A stretch of 63,235 nucleotides of DNA, filler included, from Octopus bimaculoides (taxonomy: Eukaryota), in NCBI RefSeq assembly GCF_001194135.2. It is 6 parts of 6 records of this genome, joined end to end, with 100 filler letters (N's around TTAATTAATTAA, not from the genome) between each part and the next. Parts side by side here need not be neighbours in the genome. Positions count along the whole stretch, not along the records: positions 33,696 to 57,549 come from NC_068991.1; positions 57,650 to 59,399 come from NW_026306805.1; positions 59,500 to 61,301 come from NW_026419277.1; positions 61,402 to 63,235 come from NW_026298468.1; 2 more parts are not named here. The stretch is one strand, 5' to 3'. Each line of letters begins with the position of its first letter. Within the stretch, counting starts at the first letter, position 1. Position numbers and translations under genes: made by a program. The notes beneath the pieces are model-generated. The model searched no databases, had not been told where the DNA came from, and saw only the letters and a list, made by a program, of their open reading frames with translations. Shown in pieces: positions 51,671 through 63,235 of this stretch.

Positions 51671-52290
51671 CGAGGGATTGTAAAAAATTATACGCACTCT
51701 TGATATTCTCAATGTATTTACACAAATGTAGGGATAAACGAATATGTCATTATCCTACATAGTCTCCCTCCCTTTCGGTGCCCTTAGTCCAGCGGTCCAC
51801 AAACTTTTGTATTCACTCCAAGAAGAAGGTTGGTCATGCAACCATTTATGCACCACTTCCTTCACATCTTCATCCGTAGGATATCGACGACCTCGTAAAC
51901 CATCTTTGAGCGGTCCAAAGATATGATAGTTGGAAGGGCCGAGATCTGGGCTATAGGTAGGGTGTTCCAGCACCTTAAAACCTAATTGGTTAATGGTTTC
52001 AGCGGTCTGGACAGCTGTGAGTGGGCATGCATTTTCATGCAACAACAAAGCTTTTTTCGACAATAGGCTTCGGCGTTTGGTTGCGAATTGCTGGCTTCTG
52101 TTTGATGGCCATCAAAGCACTGTATCTTGCACTGTTGATCGTTCACCCCTTTTCCAGGTCCATACTTTTTCCTTAAAAAAGGGTTAGCATCACTTTTCCT
52201 GCGGAAGACTGAATCTTGAATGTCTTCGTCGCTGGCGAGCCAGGATGTTTCCACTCCATACCCTGTATTTTGGATTTTGCTTCAAAATGT
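51671..52290 (-). mobile_element. Mariner (DD34D) 3' half with one terminus
   Basis: MEWKHPGSP...SAGKVMLTLF; LLHENA; HPTYSPDLGPSNYHIFGPLK; terminus TA|CGAGGG at 51669-51676. Confidence 0.9.
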
Positions 52291-52499
52291 ATGCATGTAT
52301 GTATGTATGTATGTATGTATGTATGTATGTATGTATGTATGTGCAGATTTGTATGTTTTATGTATGTATTCTCATGCATATATTTGCCTATCTAAACATA
52401 CTCGTATATATTTAAATGATAAACTTCTGGAAAGTTTTACAGATTTCTACAGTTCCACTGATGGATTGAATATGTTGTCTTCGAATTAGCTTTCTCCTT

Positions 52500-52990
52500 T
52501 CTGGTTTTGAGAAGCCTAATTTCTCAAGATTGGTATTAAGGCAGTGTTACATATCCCTGGACCCTAATAATTGCAGGTATAAACCTGAACTTGTAATCTG
52601 GATAGAGTAACTGCAGATTTCTCAATAGTTCAGAATAGGTCTTCTCTTTTTCACTGATCTTCAGCTTTATGTTAACATCCGCAGGGCAGCTAATTTCCAC
52701 AACTGTGCACAGTTTCTCTTCTCTATCCCAAATCATTTGGTCTGTTGTGCTTACATTTTATTGAGGTCCTCACTGGGACATTCCACCAGTATTCCTTGTT
52801 ATTATGAGTGACTATGGCTTCTACCATCTTGTGGGTGCTTATTTCTTTGGCCTTGGAATTATCCTTCCGACGGATTTCATTATGGAGTATCCTAGCTACA
52901 ACATCATGTCTCATCGGTAGATAATATCGTGATGACATTTTCGGACAACTACCTATAACGTGGATGGTCTCTTCAGTGTGAACTCCCCAA
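52500..52990 (-). mobile_element. R4/Dong-like LINE 3' fragment
   Basis: CPKMSSRYYLPMRHDVVAR, KEYWWNVP, HNRP, VVEISCPAD and EKEKTYSELL. Confidence 0.85.
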
Positions 52991-53925
52991 ATGCAACACC
53001 ACCCACCTGGCTAAAACTACCGGCCAACAGCATATCATCAAAACCCATCATGGTACTTTCTTCGTTATTTCGGTTTTATTTACCTTTATTTACATTCATG
53101 TACTGTTTTACAGTAGTAGCCAGAGCATACAGACATGTATGCTTGGGTGCGCGCGCGCGCTTACGTATATGTATTCTCTTATTCTTTTATACGTTTCAGT
53201 GAGAGATTATATATCGAAATATCATGAATACTATCTCCAACTTTGGAGCCACAACTATCAGCTTTGTTAAATAACTGGCTAATCTTCAGATGAATTAACT
53301 GAGGGAGCCTTTTATTCACAATCGTAGTCATTTTCGACTGAAACTTGAATTTAGCATGCAGAGAGTTAAGACAAACAACATGGCTGGACACAACATCAAC
53401 AATAACACAATCGAGGAACAGAACGAAAACAACAGCTCAACAGGTAAACAAATCTCACACAAGCATACACACACGCGCGAGCACACAGGCCCCCCCCCCC
53501 ACATCCCACCACACACACACACACTATCCGTTCCGGCTGTTTGCATTCTGAGTTCAAATACTGCTAAGGTCAACTTTCTCTTTCATTTCGAGTTGGATAA
53601 AACAATATACTAGTCAAGTACTAGTAGCTGTGATATCAACTGCTCTCTCCACTCAAAATTGATGGTCTTGGATCTAAATTAGAAACCATTATCTCCCCTA
53701 TTCCTCTTACCCTCAATCCCATTCGCTCACGTTTCCCATCTCCCTTTCTTTCTCCCTCCCCCATTCCTCTCTGATTTACTCCGACTTTCTTCACTTTTGT
53801 CCCGTAATCTTTTACTCGTTGTTTTATCCCACCCGCCGCCTGTCCGGTCGGTGTTTATTTGTTTCGTTTCTGTCCCAATTTTTGAGAGAAAAATAATTAA
53901 TGGAATAAAATAAAATAGAATAAAT

Positions 53926-53966
<41 letters not shown>

Positions 53967-53968
53967 AA

Positions 53969-54030
<62 letters not shown>

Positions 54031-54265
54031 TTGTAATAGTTTATTTTGTTGTTGATACAGAGGGCGCCAGTGTGACTAGATTTGATCTGAAAATATTTGT
54101 TTTTCTTTTGACTTCGATGTTAAAACTTACTTCTGGCTTTTCACCACCATGTTGTGATGTGGAGGTGTTTAGTGCGTGCGTGCGTGCGTGCGTACGTATG
54201 TATGTGTGCGTGTGTGTGTGTGTGTATGTGTGCTTGCACGCGCGTGGGTGTATGAGTGTGTGCAT

Positions 54266-54314
<49 letters not shown>

Positions 54315-54956
54315 AATGTGATTGCTCGTGTGCGTGTGCGAAAGAGAGAGAGAGAGAGATAGAAATACAGAGGGTGTAGGGATAATGGAAGAGGAGTGGG
54401 GGTAGGAATAGGTGAAGACTTGCGATTTGGTTGGCAGCAAGGAATTCTCAGCGAAAAATGCCAAAATGGTTTTCATAAATAAAAAGAAAACCCCAAAATA
54501 TCAGCAAAACAAGAAACAAACGAAAACAGGAAAACGAAAAGGGACACAAAGACATGGATTTTGAGGAAGACTTATAAGTCGATATAAATGGTAGAACGAC
54601 AAAATGAATAAATGAATGAAAATATATATTTGAATGAATGAAAGAATAACAGAATAAATGAAAGAATTACAGAAGGAGTTTGGACACTCCCAACAACAAC
54701 ACCACCAGCATCATCATCATCATCAGCAGCAGCAGCAACAACAACGATAGGAATAACAATAACAACAACAACACAATACTGCACACATCTCAACAAGTGT
54801 AGCAGGTGTGCAGTTGAAATTTGCCTGAAACTATCAAATGTCAAATAATAATAATAACGTTTTCTACAACAGACACAAGGCCTGACATTTTAAAGGGAGT
54901 GGTGAGTCGATTACATCGGCTTCCCCTCAAAAACTGCTCACCATGTGACAAAATTA

Positions 54957-54957
54957 C

Positions 54958-55005
<48 letters not shown>

Positions 55006-55466
55006 GATTATTATTCCTTCGTTACACAGTGTAGGTAAAAATGCACCGGAGTCTTTAGTCATCTGCCAAGTCACAACAAGGACCACAGACAGATAATACT
55101 TTCCTTAAGATGTGCGCTATGCCCAATAAGGCTGCTTTTTGCAAGACATCAATCTTGCAAAGGATTTCCAGTTGTTTTAAGAAATCTTGAAGTTTCAGTG
55201 GCATTGAGCTCAACGCTCCGATCACCACTGGCATCACTTTTACATTACCCCCTCGCATTCCATACAGTCTTGCCATATCCACTTTCAGTTCAGAGTACTT
55301 GGTGATTTTTTCAACTTCTTTACTCACAACATTCATGTCATTTGGTATGACTACAACAATGATCTGACAGTGTTTGTCTCTCTTACTCAATATGACAATA
55401 TCTGGCCGACGGTGTTCGATTACACGATGCGTCTGAAAATCATAGTCCCAAAGTATTGTTACTTAT
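54957..55466 (-). mobile_element. R4-like LINE 3' end with 3'UTR and (AAT)n tail
   Basis: TILWDYDFQT..IEHRRPDIV; EKITKYSEL; VMPVVIGAL; LQKAALLGIAHILRKVL; (AAT)n at 54957-55003. Confidence 0.85.
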
Positions 55467-55538
55467 TCAGGGACTTTTCGAGCGGGATGGGCTACTCTAC
55501 GAGAAGGAAATTCTAATTGGGCCCCAATTTTTATTATT

Positions 55539-55589
<51 letters not shown>

Positions 55590-56019
55590 GCTTTTATTAA
55601 CAACTCACCGTATCTCTACTGTCAATTTCTGACTCCTTGTGGGTCTTACATCAAGATTTACTATTGAAAACTTTAAATCTGAAGAGTTATAGACGTCCCT
55701 ACAAGTCCTAAATGTCTACAGAGTCCTTGTCGCCTCAAATGCGAGGCCTCATCATCAGTGGGAAATACTATTGAAGAGTACATTCTCAACATAACCAGAT
55801 ATTGACCAGCCTTTTCGGGGTTTTAAAAATTTTCATTCACCAACAACTATTCAGCGTCTAAAATGCTTAGGTGTTACACAAAATAAACAGTCCTTTTGCA
55901 TCTAGGAGCTACTGCAACACATACATACATCGGAGACCCATAATTTTGCCACCATAAATGCAGTGCGATCCAGTGTCGTTCAGGTGGAATCGGTGAACAC
56001 TCTCTTAGGTGACGAATAT

Positions 56020-56250
56020 AATCAATGAAAATGCAGTACGTGAAACCGTGGTGAATTACAATAGCAACAGGGCAATCAGTATAGCAATATCGCCGCGAAA
56101 GATAAGTTAAGACTAATGCTATCCACGATACCTGAAACTGTGTTACAGGGCTGTGAAACATGGACCGTGCTAAACACATACAGATATGAAATTGCCAATT
56201 TGGAAATGAGATATATTCAAAGAATTAATGGCCTTACGTGGGAGGAGTAC
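56020..56250 (+). mobile_element. RTE-like LINE post-RT remnant
   Basis: VLQGCETWTVLNTYRYEIANLEMRYIQRINGLTWE resembles LYGCETW....L.AFEMRCLR.I.GI.W. Confidence 0.6.
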
Positions 56251-56439
56251 CAGAACTAAACTGTCAGTCTTAGACTAGTTTAGAGCATTGGTTGTGGAGA
56301 CAGAAAGAAAGAGAGGGAAAGAAAGAGAAACGGAGAAAGCGAGGAAGAGAAAAGATGGAAATAGAGAGTGAGAGGGAGAGAGAGAGAGAGAGAGATAGAG
56401 AGAGAGAGAGCGAAAGATGGAAATATTGANNNNNNNNNN

Positions 56440-56498
<59 letters not shown>

Positions 56499-56949
56499 GA
56501 GAGAGAGCGAAAGATGGAAATATTGATTAAAATATTCCACTGCCCTTACAGCAGGAATGTTATGGGAATATCTTGACTCGATACCTAAAAACACATACAT
56601 TTATGTATGCTCACTCTCTCTCTCTAAATTTTTAGTTTAGTTTTTGATCGGCCTCCATCCTGGTTGTAAGATTGCAAAGAGAAGGAAATTGCCATTGTCT
56701 CTTCCGTAAGTGTTTATCCTTTCAGCCGTATGAACGTTTTGCAGGGTTTGAAGGTTCCAGATATCGCGACCATTTGTGGTTTATGAATTAAGTAGTTACG
56801 CCTTTTCTCCATAAATCCGACTTCCAGACTGGTTGGTGTATAAGCTGCAGCTCCAAAAATAACGGTTATGAAGCTGAACGTGTATCTTGGATATTGAATC
56901 CGGAAACTTTCATCAATGATCCGTAGGTATCTTCCATTTCTTACAAGTA

Positions 56950-57180
56950 AATCAGTTGACACCAAGTGGGCAGGTGATTTCCACCACACAGCATGGTTTT
57001 AACGTGAGGTCCCAAACGACAATATCAGGCCGTTTATGTTTTAATTTGGTGGCAATTTTTATTTTTAGGTTCCACCAGTATTCCTTTGATCCATCAGTCT
57101 CAAAATATTCCTCTCTGTTTGATTTTATTTTTTGTTTTCCACAATGCATTCCATATTGTCCTAGCCAACGACACCATGTC
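56950..57180 (-). mobile_element. R4-like LINE endonuclease remnant
   Basis: KEYWWNLKIKIATKLKHKRPDIVVWD...VVEITCPL. Confidence 0.75.
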
Positions 57181-57222
57181 TCATGTATGTATGTATGTAT
57201 GTATGTATATGTTTGTGTACAA

Positions 57223-57275
<53 letters not shown>

Positions 57276-57440
57276 TTACGCTGCTTTATTTAGCTGGAAA
57301 ATAATACTATTGTATTCCAATAATCTTTATAATTCTTATATAAAACGTTTTTACTGATTTCGGTTCCATTTACGGCTTTGCGTTCAACCGAATATACTGA
57401 CAATGATGTAACGTATATTTTAAAATTTCGTATTCGGTGA

Positions 57441-57513
57441 ATCCAGCTGATGGGGACTAACTGAGTTTACGATAACAGGCGTATTAAGAAAGCCCGAAAT
57501 TCGAGTACTAGAT
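57441..57513 (+). ncRNA. Degenerate minimal type I hammerhead-like motif (Penelope type)
   Basis: Stem I ATCCAG/CTAGAT; core CTGATGG; stem II GG/CC; GAAA; near-palindromic ATTCGAGT; GUA triplet. Confidence 0.55.
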
Positions 57514-57699
57514 TATCCACTCTAGATTGTTCATCCATCCAGTGTTCTANNNNNNNNNNNNNNNNNNNNNNNNNNNNNNNNNNNNNNNNNNNNTTAATTA
57601 ATTAANNNNNNNNNNNNNNNNNNNNNNNNNNNNNNNNNNNNNNNNNNNNTGCATGGATATGTTAGTAGATAGCTCCGAGATGATAGTGACATTAATCAT

Positions 57700-58290
57700 C
57701 AAAGCAGTTTATCATGGACCAATTGCCGGATTGCTACCTCCCACTTTGAAGGGTATGCGTTTGCAATCCAGGAACAAGAAATATCAACCAAATATTTGAT
57801 GCACAAAAGGGACAGAAATGCAGGCAAAGCAGTGCAATGTGACGACCGATGCAGATTCTGTGGAGTTCACACTGAAGATATCACCCACATCATAAGCTGT
57901 TGTCCGAAAATGTCATCACGGTTTTATCTACCGATGAGACATGACGTTGTAGCTAGGACACTCTATAATGAAATCCGTCGGAAAGATAACCCCGAGGACA
58001 AAGAAATAACAATCCATAATATGGTAGAAACCATAGCCACTCATGATTAAAAGGAATACTGGTGAAATGTACCAATGAAGACCTCAATAAAATGTAAGCA
58101 CAACAGACCTGATATAATGATTTGGGATAGAGAAGAGAAACTGTGCACAGTTGTGGAAATTAGCTGCCCAGCAGACGTTAACATAAAGCTGAAGATCGGT
58201 GAAAAAGAAAATACCTACGCTGAACTACTGAGAAATCTGCAGTTACTCTATCCAGATTCCAAGTTCAGGTTTATACCTGTAACTATTGGG
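57700..58290 (+). mobile_element. R4/Dong-like LINE 3' fragment (CCHC knuckle plus PD-(D/E)xK endonuclease)
   Basis: EGYAFAIQEQEISTK; CRFCGVHTEDITHIISCC; RHD; HNRPDIMIWD; VVEISCPAD; EKENTYAELL. Confidence 0.9.
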
Positions 58291-59759
58291 TCCCAGTATA
58301 TATTAAGAAAATATATATAGGGTAGAAAAATTAGAGAAATTTTCTACCAGTGGCCGGCATACATAAAATAGTCAATAGACAACGTATTTTTCATATAAAA
58401 TTAGTCTACATTTACACACTAAAGAGGTGACCCTAGCTGGACATCTTACATGCTAAAAGAAGCAGTCAAAGTCTAAACTTCAGTTAAGAATAATTTCGAA
58501 GGGGATGAAAAATAAAAACATTTTCAATAGTTACCAATTGTACCTAGATTTCAAACATTAATAAACAAGTAAAATAATTTGCTATCCATGTTCTTCATCA
58601 GCAAGGGCGCTGTAATTAACGTATAATTATGGGACAAATAGGCAGCACATGTCTCATCTTTATACATTATAATTGTTCAAACCCACCGCGCAAGCGCAGT
58701 TATAGTCGGCAGCAAATAAAAATATATTTGTCGACTTTCTTCAAAAGTTTGGGCTTTAACGGATTCGTTTATCATGTAAGATGTCCTGTAAGGATCACCT
58801 CTTTTGTGTATAAATGTACACTAATTTTATATGAAATATATATATATATATATATATATGCGAGACGGGTTTCCTCGCAGTTTCCTGCTACCAAAATCAT
58901 GCACAAGCCATTCGTCTATCCGAGCTTATTGAATAAGGTACTTGCTCAACGTGCTGCGCAGTGGGCCAGAATGCGAAACGACGTGGTTACAAGAAGAGTT
59001 GCCTGTGCGTTTATATGTTTGTATTTATATGTCATGCCATGGAGCGTTAAGTCCATGATAGAGTCATAGGGGTGTCGTGGTTACATACTGCTTGCCTTCG
59101 AGATTTCAGTCATGCCGGAGCACATCTCTCAGCAGAATTTCCTCATGTATTTCATCTAATATCTCTTTACCGAGCAAGAATTAAATGCTTTTAGCGGTGG
59201 ATAGGAAAACCGTACTTATAGAACATAGGGAAAATGTTTGGCGTTTTAGTCAGAAGCAAAGGAAATAATCATTTCAAAGATCTCAGTTATTCTGCTGTAA
59301 GTAAAGTCTGGAATCTGAGGAACGTATTGAGGGTCTACTTAAGAAATAATATTAATATCTAGAATACATACGTGTGTGTGTGTGTGTGTGTGTGTGTGTN
59401 NNNNNNNNNNNNNNNNNNNNNNNNNNNNNNNNNNNNNNNNNNNTTAATTAATTAANNNNNNNNNNNNNNNNNNNNNNNNNNNNNNNNNNNNNNNNNNNNT
59501 ATATATATAAGCATATAATATATATAGACTGAGAGAAAAGCTAGTGATGGGGAGAAAGATCGATTGATGCATATATACATATACATTATATATGCATGTA
59601 TACATTATTTATAAATTATACATATAAATACAATACTATATATATATAATATAAATAATATAAATAATATATATATATATATATATATATTATAAGGTTT
59701 TTAACTTTTAAATTTTCATATTCAAAAGAGACAAAGTCTTCAAACTCGATATATCGATT

Positions 59760-59806
<47 letters not shown>

Positions 59807-60514
59807 ATATACACACACAAACATGCATTTATTTATACCGAAAGACAAAAGGTAAAAGAAAGAAAGAGAGAAGCTGACAGTTTTGATTACTGTCGTAGGA
59901 ATAAAAATATGTGTTCAACACGATTTTGTGTTGCTAGTTTTCAGATTTATATATACATATATAAATTTATTAATTTATTAATTTATGCATGACAAACAGA
60001 GGTCACCTCCTTGAAATGCGGTTTCGTTCATTGGTGCATATCTGTTTCTTAATAAGAAGATAGGTTGAAGTAGTGTAATCGGTAATAATCTTTGCTTGTC
60101 GCTTGTCATTAATTATGCATCAGAGTTGTGCCTTGGTCGCAATTCTCAAGAAAATATTGGGACAACATTCAGCCAACGAATATCAGTTTACTTCTCTCTC
60201 TGTTTCTTAATTACTACAGAAAAATGAAAAATGCGTCCATGATTTCTGACTCCTCTCCAAGGCAGACGCGTCACGTGATTTCGATCCTTTCTGAAATCAC
60301 TGTGTCCGTTTCACTCTTATCTATGGGATGTTTATGATTTCCTTTCAATCTCCCAGCTTTGAAATGTACTTTGAAAATCTCTTAAATATTTCGAGCTAAC
60401 GCCAATGAAATGAGTGACTCATGATAAGATGATCTGCAAGCTTTATTCTGTTCATTGATGAGTTGCCCTTAGAATCACCAGTCGAAAAAAAATAACGCCT
60501 TCTCCAAATATTTA

Positions 60515-60658
60515 ACTATAACTGGTACTTAATTTATCGATCCTAAAAGGATGAAAGGCCAAGTCGACCTTGGCGGAATTTGAACTCAGAACGTAACGGT
60601 TGACGAAATACCGTAAAGTATTTCGCCCAGCTTGCTAATGTTTCTGCCAGCTCGCCGT
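60515..60658 (-). mobile_element. SINE family A, minus strand
   Basis: Reverse complement of the head acggcgagctggcagaaac...gttctgagttcaaattccgcc. Confidence 0.85.
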
Positions 60659-61454
60659 CTTATTAGAGTTTGTTTTTATGCCAACTTATAATAAAAGAAA
60701 TGTACTTGTCCTGTTTTCCATTTGTTTCTCTTGTTGTTTGCGTATTGAACTCATTTGTTTTCGTACATCATGTTATTTAGTGTTGGTGACGTCCTGTACC
60801 CATATATGCATATGCATATATTATGTATGTTATCATTGTATACTATTTGTTGATTATGTTTATTAAATTTTTACCAAATGAAGAGCCATAGTAACTTTGT
60901 ACCCAAGTGTAGCACAGTCTGACGACGTCTATCAGGACGCTTATTCGAAGTTAGTCACTCTTCTTCAAAGAGTTTTATATATACATACATATATATGCAT
61001 ATTTATATATATATGCATATGCATGTATGTACATATTTATACATATATATATACATATGTATTTATATTTATATGTATATATGTACGTATGTATGTACAT
61101 ATGTATATATCTAAACACATGCGCAGAGTTCAATAGGATGAGATAACAGTGCAGAGATTCAAAGAGTTTCAAAAATTAAATAGTAGAAATTCATAAAATT
61201 TTGTTTTGGTGTTATTCATCATTAACGCACACACAGATCTAGAATTACTACAATAACTGTGACACAGACATATACACAAACACACACACACACACACACA
61301 CNNNNNNNNNNNNNNNNNNNNNNNNNNNNNNNNNNNNNNNNNNNNTTAATTAATTAANNNNNNNNNNNNNNNNNNNNNNNNNNNNNNNNNNNNNNNNNNN
61401 NCATGGCCACAGTCTAATGACTGAAACAAGTAAAAGAAAAGATAAAAGATACAC

Positions 61455-61786
61455 ATGTATATGACTGGCACTCTGTCAGTTAAAACAATGAGGGTTCCAG
61501 TTGATCCGATCAATGAAACAGCTTGCTCATGAAATTAATGTGTAAGCTGCTGAAAACTCCACAGACATGTGTACCCTTAACGTAGTTCTCAGGGAGATTC
61601 AGTGTTACATAGAATGCGACAAGACTGACCCTTTGAAATACAGGGGCTACTCATTTTTGCCTGCCGAGTGGACTGGAGCAACGTGAAATAAAGTGTCTTG
61701 CTCAGAAACACAATGTGCCACCAGAAATCTAACTCACAACTGTATGATTGTGAGCTGAATGCCCTAACCACTGAGCCATGTGCCTT

Positions 61787-61788
<2 letters not shown>
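61455..61788 (-). mobile_element. tRNA-derived SINE (family C-like)
   Basis: Minus-strand head gtgaaggcacatggctcagtggttagggc, followed by ctgagcaagacactttatttcacgttgctccagtccactc. Confidence 0.7.
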
Positions 61789-61834
<46 letters not shown>

Positions 61835-61839
61835 AACGT

Positions 61840-62278
61840 GTGCCGGTGGCATATAAAAAGCACCTTTTGAGCATGAGACCTCACGGAGGCAATGTGGCCA
61901 ATACTGGTGTCGGAGAACTATCAACCATGCCAGTGGCATGTAAAAAGCACTTTTTAAACTTTGGGCCTCATGGAGGCAATGACAAATTACTGAGACCTTT
62001 GACAACATGTTGTGCTTGAAAAGTAAGATCCATCAAGCCAAGTGAAATCATAGACGTGGCAGCTACGGGTGCCATGCAACTGGCACCCATGCTGGTGGCA
62101 TGTAAAAGCACCCATTACACTCATGGAGTGGTCGGTGTTAGGAAAGGCATCCAGCTGTAGAAACTATACCAAATCAGACTGGAATCTGGTGCAGCCTCTC
62201 AGCTGACCAGCCCTGGTCAAACCATCCAACCCATGCCAGCATAAACAACAGACATTAAATGATAATAATGATGATGAT
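61840..62278 (+). mobile_element. RTE-type 3' tail element ending in (ATG)n
   Basis: Internal tandem taaaaagcac repeats, then aggcatccagctgtagaaac...aaaccatccaacccatgccagcat...taaatgataataatgatgatgat. Confidence 0.55.
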
Positions 62279-62895
62279 ATAAATGTGTGTGTATGTATAT
62301 TAGAATAAAATTATAGATATGTAAACAACTGGTATCAGGTCAGATTATGACATATATATATTGATACAAAACAAAAGAAGAAATGAATGCACAAAGGAGT
62401 ATAAATCACAGGAGATCAGTAGAAGATGCACTAAAGGATATTTATAATGATTGCGATATATGCTGGTATACTCCAGGAATAATCATACATAGATGTGTAT
62501 ATGTATGTGCTTGTGTGTTAGCATATGTGCATAGATCTTTGTGCATGAACAAGTACGCGTACATAGATGTGTATATATATATGTGTGTGTTTGTGTGTTA
62601 GCCTATATGCATAGGTTTTTGTGCATGGACAAGTACATGTGCACAGTATGTATGTAAATATTCATGCGCATGTGTGTGCAATTAATTCTATGTCTATATG
62701 TATGACCATGTCTGTGTGCCTTTTGTGATATGTTCCACTATCTGAGTTCATATTTATAGACCATTATTTGGAATATTAAAATCATTGTTTATTCCTCTGT
62801 TTGTTCAACAATACAAATGCAATGCAAGCAAAGCCAGTCTATAGCAACTGAAGCCTTATCATCAGATTTTTCATGCTGCTGAACATTTAACATCG

Positions 62896-62929
<34 letters not shown>

Positions 62930-63042
62930 GTGTGTGTGTGTGTGTGTGAGTGAGTTGTGTGGGTGTATGTGTGTTTCCATTTCAACATTTCTACTTCTTG
63001 TGCATGTGTGTGTATGTATGTGTGTGCGTCTGTATGCATGTG

Positions 63043-63083
<41 letters not shown>

Positions 63084-63198
63084 CCACGGGGTCTATATGT
63101 ATGTATATATGTATCTATGTATATTTTGTATTTTTCAAGTGCACAAGTACAGATAACATTATCTACAGCATACTTCTCTCTCTCTCTCTCTCTCTCTA

Positions 63199-63231
<33 letters not shown>

Positions 63232-63235
63232 TGTA

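Noticed and set aside
22616-61357. Five identical TTAATTAATTAA motifs that look like a dispersed repeat or CRISPR-like element
   Set aside because: Each is centred in exactly 44+44 N, so it is an assembly spacer and not biological.
3413-63087. YIYI/CVCV/HTHT/ERER peptide ORFs
   Set aside because: Translations of (TA)n, (CA)n and (GA)n microsatellites.

Overview
AT-rich, gap-ridden eukaryotic draft scaffold. Its repeat landscape (dense TA/CA/GA/AAT/CAT microsatellites, several tRNA-derived SINE families, R4-type LINE debris) points to an octopus genome; this is inferred from repeat content, not checked. The only confident host coding sequence is two phase-compatible exons (5527-5625, 8523-8614) of a receptor-type guanylyl cyclase catalytic domain, with an unusual F>I change in the RYCL[F]GD motif. 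Its expected next exon (GKG...YW) was not found. The rest is transposon debris: Tc1, mariner, two hAT, Helitron, R4/HERO/RTE/Tx1-like LINE fragments, SINEs and several MITE/foldback elements. Most long ORFs in the track are artefacts of N-runs or microsatellites, and five NNN-TTAATTAATTAA-NNN blocks are scaffolding spacers. The most interesting signal is four minimal, Penelope-type hammerhead-ribozyme-like motifs in three repeat families. One lies inside a tRNA-headed SINE-like element, and two share a non-canonical core (CUGUYGA). Also notable are several long foldback hairpins and an outward-facing (CCCTAA)n/(TTAGGG)n palindrome. No CRISPR, rRNA or genuine tRNA gene is supported.
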